14,938 bases of DNA from Azolla caroliniana (Eukaryota > Plantae > Polypodiophyta): assembly GCA_043228905.1 (NCBI GenBank), contig JBHGNT010000828.1, forward strand, positions 1-14,938, read 5' to 3'. Within the stretch, counting starts at the first letter, position 1. Every line of letters begins with the position of its first letter. Under the pieces are notes generated by a model that made no database searches, had not been told where the DNA came from, and saw only the letters and a list, made by a program, of their open reading frames with translations. A program made the position numbers and the translations under genes. Positions 1 to 9,309 of this stretch are shown piece after piece.

Positions 1-1259
1 AAGACATGAGGTCGAACAGACCTATTATAAGCCAAGCATCCCACCCAGTGCATTTGAACAAGGCACTCATTATTGATGTCTTTGGGGAACCTCTGCATAT
101 GCGGCAAGCACATCTTCTTCTGGTCCATGCCATCTATCATTGAGCACATGTATTGTTCGGGCCTTTTCAAACACTTCTCTCTATGATACACCGCCTTCTT
201 TCGTTCTAACGATTGTGCCTCATGATGCTCCTGTAGTAACTTCTTACTCATATCCTTTTCCATTGATGTCTTTGCACCTTTAGCCAAACTTTTAAGATTT
301 GCACAAATAGAGCAATACCCCATGCGTACTTTAAACGGAATGATAACATTTGAAAACTGAGCTCTCCATAATCTTGTGAATTGGCTATATGTGACAGATT
401 TATTACTTGAGCCCACCATATCTGATCGATAGACATCATAAACTTCCCGAGTGTGTAATTATCAAAGAGGTGCATCCTACCTGTTGTGGGCATTACTTCA
501 CAATTTAACTTAAAGTAACTTTTCATCCAACCAATAACATGTCTTCCAATTGCACCTTTCATACTTGGAACCTCTTTACAATTGAGCCTCTAATCCCCGC
601 TAAGTAGACGTTGTTGTACTCTATGTAGCTGCATGTTACTAACACATAGCGCAATTTTGAAGGCAACTCTACAGATCTATTGCGCATGGAAGATATGATA
701 CTCGAATGATACTTTGATCCCCGTACATTTGTCAGACAGTAGTTGCATATATGTGAGCCGAGGTAAGTGTCTTGCTCATCATTAGTCATCCAAAAATAGT
801 ATCGCCTTAATTCTCGCAACTTTGATTTTCCAATCATAAACATACAACCACAAGCACACCATGTTCTGTTGACATCAAATCCAATCTGCTTATCTGATGT
901 CACCAAGTAAAATTTGACCAGACGAATTCTACGTGGGATTCTTCTAATATGGATAGGGCTTCGAGATTTCTCTTCCTGCATAGAATTTGGGGTAACTTTG
1001 TTACAATCCAATTCTTTGTTTTCAGCATCGCCCATGATCTTCGATATTTCATTGGAACTACCTTCATTCTCCGTATCTTTATTAATATCATATTCTTCAA
1101 TAGAGAACTCTTCACATGTGTTTTAGGTGAAGATGAGCTCAGACAATACTCTTCGATAGAAATGGGTGAATCTGTCGACAGACAATACTCTTCGGTAGAA
1201 AACGACGAGTCTGATGACAAACAATATTCTTTAATCGAGAATGGTGAGTCTTCACTCAT
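1..1259 (-). pseudogene. Sola1-like (DUF7869-type) DDE transposase pseudogene; N-terminal half, running off the left edge of the window
   Basis: Manual translation across frameshifts near 1110, 750 and 452 gives, in order: WCACGCMF..KLRELRRYYFWMTNDEQDTYL; FEYHIF..ICRVAFKIALCVSNMQLHRV; GWMKSYFKLNCEVMP; YSQFTRLWRAQFSNVIIP..MGYCSIC (CSIC at 303-314); HHEAQSLERKK; MIDGMDQKKMCLPH (IDGMDQ at 120-137); MHWVGCLAY. This motif order is what I recognise from Sola1/DUF7869 transposases. In-frame stops are also present. Confidence 0.75.
1134..1250 (-). repeat. 39-bp coding tandem repeat x3 (13-aa unit DSxxSxxEYCLSx) at the transposase N-terminus
   Basis: ARACAATAYTCTT starts at 1141, 1180 and 1219. The ORF reads DSPFSIKEYCLSS/DSSFSTEEYCLST/DSPISIEEYCLSS. 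Confidence 0.9.
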
Positions 1260-1316
1260 GGCTTAAGGTCCACACAAAGCTCTTCAATTTATGTGCTTGG
1301 GCTAATATAAAAAATG

Positions 1317-1364
1317 ATAAGCTCCTCTCTAAACATAAACTCCTCTCTAAACATAAGCTCCCTC
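1317..1364. repeat. 18-bp tandem repeat, about 2.7 copies, just upstream of the transposase ATG
   Basis: ATAAGCTCCTCTCTAAAC / ATAAACTCCTCTCTAAAC / ATAAGCTCCCTC at 1317, 1335 and 1353. Confidence 0.85.
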
Positions 1365-1759
1365 AATATAATGTTAATATTATTTAATACTAGAATAATA
1401 CAATAAAGAAAGGTATTATTTTTAATATAATAATTTTATTCAATATATTAATAACTACTTAAACTAGTTAGTATAAAGTCCATTAATTCTATTTTATACC
1501 TTATTAATCCTATAGTATATAATTTAAATTAAATTTACTTTATCTATCAAGTATAATATTACTAAATATGTGGAGGCAAAAATATGTAAGTTTAATCCAA
1601 ATCATTAGGGCAATAATATTCTCCATGTGTAGGCCTACTTGGTACTCCTAAACATTAAGTCTATAGTATACATATATATTATATAAATTCAATTTTTATA
1701 TACATATTGTATATATTTATAATCATTACAAAGCCATATATATGTTGGTTTAAATTAAA

Positions 1760-2175
1760 AATCATTGGTTCATATATGGCACCCATATTTAATCTAGAAC
1801 TTCTCAATCATTGGTTCATTCATGCCCACCATTTTAAATATAAGCCTTTTCAATAATTGGTTCATTCATGGCCACCATCTTTAATACAAAACATTAGGGA
1901 GTCATAAAAATGTTGTTGTGAGTATTCAATCATTGGTTCATTCATGAACTTCATATTTAATAATGCATATTAGAGAGTCACAAATATTTTGGTTAGACTA
2001 TTCAATCTTTGTTTTTTTCATGACCTTCAAAGGCAATCAAAAATATAAAATAATCATTAATATAATAGTTTGAGTATTTAATTATTGATTCATTCATGAA
2101 CATCATTTAAATACAACCCATTAAAGAGTCATAATTATATTGGTTTTAATACCCAATCAATGGTACATTCAAGAC
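1760..2175. repeat. Degenerate array of 7 copies of AATCATTGGTTCATTCATG with 46-bp then 76-bp periodicity
   Basis: Core starts at 1760, 1806, 1852, 1928, 2004, 2080 and 2155 (spacings 46, 46, 76, 76, 76, 75). Three of the longer units also share GAGTCA. Confidence 0.85.
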
Positions 2176-2275
2176 TACGTACTAAATAAAGTGCACTAAG
2201 GTCTAAGAAAAAAGTGTAGTAAGGTAAAGAAACTCTCTCTTAGGTCTAACTAACTAACCTGAAGCTTACAAACCA

Positions 2276-2305
2276 TGGTTAAAGTAATTGTGGTTACTTT
2301 AACCA
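2276..2305. promoter_or_regulatory. Perfect 12-bp inverted repeat (6-nt loop) next to a TATA-like element; putative promoter region of the plus-strand gene
   Basis: TGGTTAAAGTAA-ttgtgg-TTACTTTAACCA, followed by TTTTAAATAG at about 2319 and an ATG at 2435. The inverted repeat is seen directly; the regulatory role is inferred. Confidence 0.4.
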
Positions 2306-2521
2306 CAGTGGTCAATCCTTTTAAATAGGAAGACCCCCTCATTTCGCGATAACTCACGCGTAGAACAAAGCACACAAAGCCCAGAGCACGCAACACCAAT
2401 CGTTATCTCCCCGTTAGCATCTACCACGACAATCATGTCTTCTAAGAACAACGAGTGCCAAGATACCAGGTAAGAGCCTAACTATACATGCACTTTTTTT
2501 AAAATATGTTTTTCAATCACT

Positions 2522-2772
2522 AGAACTCGATATAGGGTATCGAGTTCCTTTCTAGAGGTGTCTATTATCATGGGGAACTCGATACGGCGTATCGAATTCC
2601 TGTATAAAACTCTCACTTTAAATAGGAACTCGATATGGCGTATCAAGTTCCTGTGTAAAACCCCCACTTTTTACAAGAACTCGATACGACATATCGAGTT
2701 CCTGTATAAAACCCCCACTTTAAACAGGAACTCGATACACTGTATCAAGTTCCTATTTAAAACACTATTTTA
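2522..2772. repeat. Array of five ~51-bp units, each containing the palindrome GGAACTCGATAC-NNN-GTATCGAGTTCC
   Basis: GAACTCGATA starts at 2523, 2575, 2626, 2677 and 2728. Each is followed by a near-perfect reverse complement, and units 2-5 then have an AAAACxCxCACTTT-like linker. Confidence 0.95.
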
Positions 2773-3332
2773 AACACAAATACTGTGTGTTTGAGGGATT
2801 TATTGATATATGTGTGAAAAGATACCAAATTGATGTCTAATTCAGACATTTTTAGCAAAATTTGCTAAATTTTGTAACATTTAGCGCCCTTATTGAAATA
2901 GGTTGTATGACCTATAATAGCTTAAAATAATATAAAATAGCACACGAATTACGTTTATGATACCAATGTGACCATACCTTGGCACCAATATCAAACCTAT
3001 CGTAATAAAATTCTCAACAATATGGGATATGAAATCAATATGACCATACATACCGTCCAATATGCTACATATCCTTGTAAAATTATGAAGATATATAATT
3101 TTTCCAAGTTGAATAGCACTTACTAAATTTCAATTCACAATAAAGGTCTACGATGTTCATAGAAAATATGATTGAAATTTAGAGTTTAGCACAAGTCACT
3201 TGCTAGTTTTTGTCTTAGTCTGCTTATGTGTAATTTAATAGGTAAGCTAAATCTAGCGAACCAACTAACTTATATTTTAGCACGTCCTTTCTTAAATAGA
3301 TTGTTTGAGAACTTGTTGAGGTTCGATTTCAG

Positions 3333-5831
3333 GGCTCTGCAGTGGAGACCCAGAAACAAATAGTTCCTCAGAACATGAAGAGAGGAAAAAAGCTTCTCTT
3401 CAATGAGGAGACAGAATCTCAACCATCCAACAAAGTTAGCCAAAAGAAAAAAGCTTCTCTTCAAAGTGGTGAGGACCTTCCTCACCGTGGTCTAACGGAC
3501 AAGGAATGGTGTATGCAATACGTGGACTCTAAGAAAAAAGTCATGTTGTATACGACAACGAAGAACGGCGACGGTCAGCTTGAAGAAGACACTGCATTTA
3601 TGTATGGCTATATTTTACGATTTGACTACGAAGATTTAGATTCAGCCAACATTCTTGTAATGATAGAGTGCTCGAAGGGGGTACGTAAAGTGTACCTTTC
3701 TGAAGATCGAGTAGTAAAGGAATCTTGTGGGCCAGAATCTTTTAGAAAAGATCTACAAAGTTCACAAAATCTTATTGTCACCTTGAGGCCATATATACAA
3801 GGCCATGTAAGTCTAATGGAGCCCTCTACCTCGTCGATGAAGGCCCCAAGAAAGGCATCTAAAGTGCAATCGAGACTAGCAAAAAAGAAGACCACTAAAA
3901 TGTCGGACACCGACTCATCAAGCTCAACCGAAGATGAGGACACTAGGGGGATGCCAAGTGTTGAGCTCACATCTGGTGTGTTGTCATCCGAGCAAAATAA
4001 GATTCGGAGAGAGTTAATGCAACGGAAACTGGTGAGAAAAGGGCAAGTGTTTAATTTGCCTATAACACACATCCATTGGCCCCCAGTAGATGTGAAAACA
4101 GGATGGAGACCAATTGAGATCGAAGAGCCACACCAAATGCATGTTCAGAATCTCAAGAAAAAAATGAAAATAAATCCACATGCTATAGTTGTGCCTTTCA
4201 TTGTGATGGTAGATCCCAAAGAATGTTCCACAACTGAGAACTTCGACGTGAGAAAGCATGATCAATACAATTACTTTGTAATTGGTGGATCACATTCAGC
4301 TAAAGCACGCCGACAACTTGTTAGAGAGCACCCAACCACTTTCTTCTTTAAGTATGCCGAGTGCAAAATATACGTGGACCTCACAATTGAATAGGCAAAG
4401 GTTTTGGCATGGAACCACAACAACGACAACGACTATAGGCAGAAAATGTCATCTATTGAACGGATAAGCTTCTTCCACCATTAATACCTGGACAACAAAC
4501 AAAAATTTGGTGTGAAGCTACACCTCGGCCTATGACGTCAATGCCTTCATGAGGTCGGCATTGTGGTGGATGATAATGTTAAATCGGATGGTCTTTGGAA
4601 ATATGAGTCCTGGTTTCAACATGTCTTTAGAGATGGAGAAGTATGGGACCTACAAGATCAAATCTTCTCAATGTGGGAGAATAAGGAGGTCAAGGGTCAA
4701 CAACAAAAGAAATGTAAGGTAGACCCTCAGCTAGAATTAAAGTCACAAGCGGTCAAGAAAATTGATTTGACAATTGAAGAAGTGGCCGATGACATGAAGC
4801 TATCTCTGTGGAGAGCGATGCAAGGTATTAAGGAGGAGCAACTTCTAATCTTGAAGATATGGTCATTGAGTTCAATAAGTAAGTCTTTCAAATAGTGATA
4901 TTGAATTCAATATGATGCAATCGAAAGTTCTAATCTCGTTTTCTAATTTCACAGTCATAAGGTGTACATGAAGATCCAAGAAGTTATGATGAGACAACTT
5001 GGATGTATAACTTGGGAACAAGTGACCGAGGATTATCCTCTAACATCTTCATATACGGCGTTATCCGAGTATTTTATTGCATTCAAGGATTGGGTTAGTA
5101 TTTGTGTTTTTCATAAAGTTTTCCTCATATGTAGAGGTTGTGTAATAATACTTGATGTCTTATTGCTTCTATTAGAAACCATGTCTTAGGCAAGGGGTAC
5201 GAAATTCAGGAAGAAGGCTCCTTCAAAAAATTTAGCCACAAGAAGGACATTACTACAACGTGATTTGCGGCGATGTCGTTGAGATTGATCCAAAAACTAC
5301 CAAAGAAGGAATATATACTATTGATTGTTGATATTCCATACGGATTTCGAATGGCAAGGTCATCATACGACGATGAACCTTTTAGGTTCAAACATTTAGA
5401 GAAGATGAACAAGGATTTTGTTGAGCTAACGACGGCATCCTTGTGGAGAATAGTTGTCTTTCATAGTATGAACCAAGGGTACTCGGTACCTCAAGCTTTG
5501 AGATCTCGTTGCCATGGCATCAAGAACCTTGCATGGTAAGGATTATTTATAAGTCTCATTCACTATATTTCCTTTCTTAATATTGTTGAGTCTATTCTTA
5601 ACTCGATGCAATATTTGTTATAGGATAAAAACCAATGTAAATAGAGGGCCAAGCTTTTTGTTCGGAAATGTCATTGAATACATTACGGTTCCCTACTTCA
5701 ATGAAATAAAGAAACAAAGAATCAAGGAGCATTCTAATGAAGTCGGAGGTTCAAATCTGCTGGTATATCCAACAGTGACACGGAAATTGCGACATGTCAC
5801 CACGACAGAACGGGGACTTGTCAACCCATAC
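3333..5831 (+). pseudogene. Intron-containing ParB/Srx-like domain plus beta-class N6-adenine/N4-cytosine DNA methyltransferase fusion; pseudogenised and 3'-truncated
   Basis: ORF 3342-4394 continues in frame through stops at 4392, 4482 and 4533. ParB-like motifs: VFNLPITHI; HVQNLKKKMKINP..VPFIVMV; YFVIGGSHSAKARRQL (from 4272); AKVLAWNHNNDNDYRQKMSSIER (4395-4463). GT-AG introns at 4879-4954 and 5536-5623 are phase-consistent, and one at 5094-5175 is probable. MTase motifs: YNVICGDVVE/LIQKLPKKEYILLIVDIPYG (DIPYG at 5330-5344); LAW|IKTN; EYITV; NLLVYP; LVNPY. The gene is cut at 5831, before the SAM-binding motif I. Confidence 0.75.
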
Positions 5832-6495
5832 CTTAGTCATGTTAAATCTTTCCAATACTTTTGTCACATATTTCTCTTCTGATAACCATAGCATGTTCTT
5901 AGTCTTGTCCTGGACTATGTGCATTCCCAAGATTTGCTTAGTGGTAAAAGATCCTTCACGGCAAACGATTTACTCCGAGCTTTCTTTAAGCTCACAATCC
6001 TTTTGATATCTTGTCTGACTATTAACATGTCATCCACATAGAGTAAGAGAATCAAGAAGTCACCTTCACTATACCTTTTGACAAACACACAATGATCAAC
6101 TTGTGTTTTATGGAATGCATGTTCCAACATGAAGGATTCAAACTTCTTAATTGACATGGAGCTTGTTTTAGACCATACAATCTCTTCCAAGTCGACATAC
6201 TAGATTCTCTTTTCCTTTCTCCACAAAACCTTCAAACTGCTGCATATAGATTTCTTCATCTAGCTCCCCATGCAAGAATGTTGTTTTTACATCCAATTGC
6301 TCTATTACCAGATTCATACTGGTTGCGTTACTGAGTACAGTTCGAATGGATGTCATCTTTACGACTGATGCAAATATTTCATCAAAGTCGACCCTCTTCT
6401 TCTGTTGAGATCCCTTTACTACAACTAAGGCTGCCATCTTCCCCTTTTTTCAACTTGAAGACCCATTTGTTTCTCATGGCTCTCTTACCTTTTGC
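5832..6495 (-). mobile_element. Ty1/Copia reverse transcriptase fragment (degenerate)
   Basis: KGKRAMRNKWVFKLK; DFDEIFASVVKMTSIR; QLDVKTTFLHGELDEEIYMQQ; DHCVF; LLLYVDDMLIV (YVDD at 6029-6040); QILGMHI..LWLSEEKYVTKVLERFNM. Several frameshifts. Confidence 0.95.
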
Positions 6496-7730
6496 GTTTT
6501 TAGGCAAGTGTTCGCTTACTTGGACGCACAAACTGGGAACCCGAAATTTGATTGGCATTAGTGTCTCAAGTCTGAACGCTAGTCGGAATGACATCGATTG
6601 GGTACTTGTTTTGAAACTCGTACGATATGCCCATAGAGCTTTGTATCCCAGTTCGTCTTATTCCCATTGGCGATTTTCTTCAGGATATTATGTAAGGTTT
6701 TATTCGTCAATTTCCGCAAGTCCGTTTGCCTAAGGGTAGCAGGGGGTGCTTTTCTTTTGTACGACAAGCATAATGTTCAGTTAATTCGCATACCCCCTTG
6801 TTGATGAAGTGGCCCCCTTGATCGTTGATTAGCTCTATGGGGCATCCGAAATGGCACCAAATGTTCTCGTATAGGAATTTCGTCGTTGAGGCTACCGTGT
6901 TGTCACGAAGTGCCTTGGCCTCCACCAATTTCGTGCAATAATCCATGGACACGAGAATGTATCGATTCCTTGTTCGTGCCACCGCTAGGGTGAAGGGGTC
7001 AACGAAATCTAGACCCCATTTGTGGAATGGCTCCAAGGGCAACATTGGTTGGTGCAGAATGCAAGCGCGTTCCATTAGCTGGCCCATTCGTTGGTAGACA
7101 TCAGATTGTCGATAATATGACTCCATGTCCTTCTGTGTAGTTGGCCACTAGAGGCCACTTTGCCATACTTTCCTTGTTGTCATATCGCCAACGTAATGTC
7201 TGCTGACTATTCTGCAGTGTGCTTCCCGCAGGATCGTTGCCTTTTCATCGCTTCAAACACATCTGCGTCAAATTCCGTTGCCGCCGTTGTGGTAACGCGT
7301 CCTCTCTAACAAGAAAAAATTCTGGACGAACAACCAACCGCTTCTTTTTGTCCATCCTCATCCGTGGGGGGGGGGGGGGGGGGCAAACCCGTGGTCAAGA
7401 AATGACTCAGAGAAATTTGTCTTTTGGTGGAGTCGTGTTCACTTTGGCCATTGTTGCTGAAATTGGTAATATGCCGCTATCTGGAAAATCTTCGTCACAT
7501 TCAACGATGTCCTCTCCGTTCTCGATGCGGCTCAGGTAGTCCGCGATGGCGTGCTGAGTTCTTGGCCTACGCTGAATTTCGAATTTGAAATCTTGCAGTA
7601 ACAACATTCATCTAGCCAACTATCTCGTGAGCGATTGTTTGGAGACAAGGTACAGGAGGGTCGCATGGTCCATGTGGAACACGAATTTCCGGCCTCGTAG
7701 GTAGTGTCGAAATTTGTTTATGTTGTAAAT
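6496..7730 (-). mobile_element. Ty3/Gypsy pol fragment (end of RNase H followed by integrase)
   Basis: IYNINKFRHYLRGRKFVFHMDH; LLLQDFKFEI..ADYLSR; EPFHKWGLDFVDP; RYILVSMDYCTK; FGCPIELINDQGGHF; TNWDTKL. The RNase H-then-integrase order is Gypsy-type. Confidence 0.93.
7366..7383 (+). repeat. G18 homopolymer inside the Gypsy fragment
   Basis: 18 consecutive G, an expansion of a proline-codon run on the minus strand. Confidence 0.9.
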
Positions 7731-8556
7731 TTGTCACCGTCAAAAGCAATTAGGCTCAAAGTGCCATAGGCACTATGGTCAGGCAAACAACTAACCTATG
7801 ACAATCTCCGTATGTTCGGATGCGAAGCCTACACATTCATCCCCATGGACAAAAGGACCAAGCTGGCACCCCACATAATGAAATGAATATTTTTCGGTTA
7901 TGGAACCGATGGGGAATTCGGCTATAGGCTATGAGATCTAGAGAACTGGAAATTGATCCGGAGTAGTGACGTGGTCTTCAATCAAGACTCTATTCCCTTT
8001 GAGAGGAATTAACAAAAAATATTTGGTAAAAAGATCCCCTTCGATATAGACATCGACATCATAGAAAGACTGACCCACTAGGCCGAACCAGAGATTCGAT
8101 AGATAGTCGAACTCGACCAATCCGACAATACACCTACCGAATCAGAGATTCGACAGACAGTCGAACTTGACCAATTCGACAATACACCTGCCGAATCTGA
8201 ATCGGCAAGTGGTTCACTAGTCGAGACAAATTCGACTAAGAGATTGAAAACAACACCAACAAACCAAGGCAAAGCCCAGAAGTGAAAAGCCTATACGGCT
8301 TACAACAAGCGCCGAGGATGTTGTACCAGGAGTTTGATTCCTACATCCGACAACTCAGCTTCAACCGGTCCAACTCCGACCCATGTTTATATACTCGGCA
8401 ACTGCCCAACGGGTCCCAGATCTATCTGATCCTATACATCGACGACATGCTGATTGCAAGGAGCAATCAAAGTGAAATTGGAAAGGTAAAGCGGAGCCTT
8501 CATGACAAGTTTGCAATGAAGGAACTGAGACAGGCCCGACACATATTGGGCATGAG
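7725..8556 (+). mobile_element. Second Ty1/Copia fragment (integrase C-terminal region, internal deletion, RT core)
   Basis: NLSPSKAI..LWSGK..LRMFGCEAY..KRTKL..IFFGYG..FGYRL..LIRSSDVVF, then KSLYGLQQAPR..SDPCLY..LILYIDDMLI..FAMKELRQARHILGM. Interrupted at 8557 by an LTR. Confidence 0.93.
8082..8197 (+). repeat. 54-bp tandem repeat, about 2.2 copies, in the Copia integrase-RT linker
   Basis: RCCGAAYC units start at 8082, 8136 and 8190. The first two share AGAGATTCGAYAGAYAGTCGAACTYGACCAATYCGACAATACACCT. Confidence 0.9.
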
Positions 8557-8986
8557 TGTAAAAGTTAATATGCGGAAGCGTATGACAAACCGGCTCAACT
8601 GGATACCAATAGAACGTGGAGAGAAGAGGGTTTAACAGAGAATGCACGGGAGAGACAGAGAGAGCAGGACATAAAAATTCAATTCAAAAAAATAATACTC
8701 TATACATAGAATGTGCTCAGAGAGCACTTTTATACAAGTCCATAAAGGACTGACAGAAGTACTAACAGGTACTTCAATGCTCATACGAGCGACTGACACA
8801 GACTCCCAAAACTATGCCTACGTACTAGGCTAGATCCGTTGGCCTCTAACAGCCTACCGGTTTCAATCCGATCTAGCTCCTAGTTCCGAATACCATCCGG
8901 ACAACGATCCGGCTCTCCGTTTCGAATACCGATCAAGCTCTAGCTTATTCCGTCGATCCGGTCTGGTTGAGCTTGCTCGATCAACA
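8557..8986 (-). repeat. 3' LTR (430 bp) of the minus-strand Copia element
   Basis: On the minus strand it begins TGTTGA directly after the PPT GAGGGGGAG and ends CTTTTACA. It contains TGTATAAAA and is homologous to the LTR at about 11660-12068. Confidence 0.88.
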
Positions 8987-8998
8987 CTCCCCCTCAAG
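8987..8998 (-). other. Polypurine tract
   Basis: CTTGAGGGGGAG immediately precedes the LTR start TGTTGA on the minus strand. Confidence 0.85.
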
Positions 8999-9309
8999 CT
9001 CAACTTGAGGTCGGATCGTGGTGCCAATGTCTACAGTAGCCGGTTCTTTCCTTTGGCTCCTTCTGGCGTCTTCCCTCCTTGCTCGCGCTCCTTGTCCGGT
9101 TCGGTTCTGCTTCTCGCGACCCATCCGGTTATGCGCACCTCGAACTCCTTGGTCGACTTGTTTGCTTAGCACGCCCATCTCAGCTCGTTTGTTTCTATGA
9201 CTCCAACGCTTGTCGACCCATCAGTTCCTCCGTATCAGTGTCGACTTCCATTGCCTTCTGATCCACTTGGCCTTTAGTTGATCCGGCTCATCCAAATCAA
9301 ATTGTTGAA

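Noticed and set aside
1760-2175. CRISPR-like repeat-spacer array
   Set aside because: The cores are degenerate, spacing is of two classes, and the spacers are mutually related.
2522-2772. CRISPR array (palindromic repeats at regular spacing)
   Set aside because: The linkers are near-copies of each other rather than unique spacers, no cas genes are present, and the context is eukaryotic.
2482-2773. ORFs 2482-2667 (-) and 2558-2773 (+)
   Set aside because: They are by-products of the 51-bp (17-codon) palindromic repeat.
2833-2869. Short inverted repeats ATGTCT/AGACAT and TTTAGCAAA/TTTGCTAAA as terminators or TIRs
   Set aside because: They are short and AT-rich, have no TSD or partner, and could arise by chance.
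3626-4072. 148-aa minus-strand ORF and other antisense ORFs (949-1266, 6350-6733, 9342-9725, 10285-10668, 11024-11338)
   Set aside because: They are shadows of recognisable coding sequence on the opposite strand and have no motifs of their own.
3342-5831. Bacterial contamination or prophage origin for the ParB-MTase gene
   Set aside because: It has phase-consistent GT-AG introns and is joined to plant-type LTR retroelement sequence.
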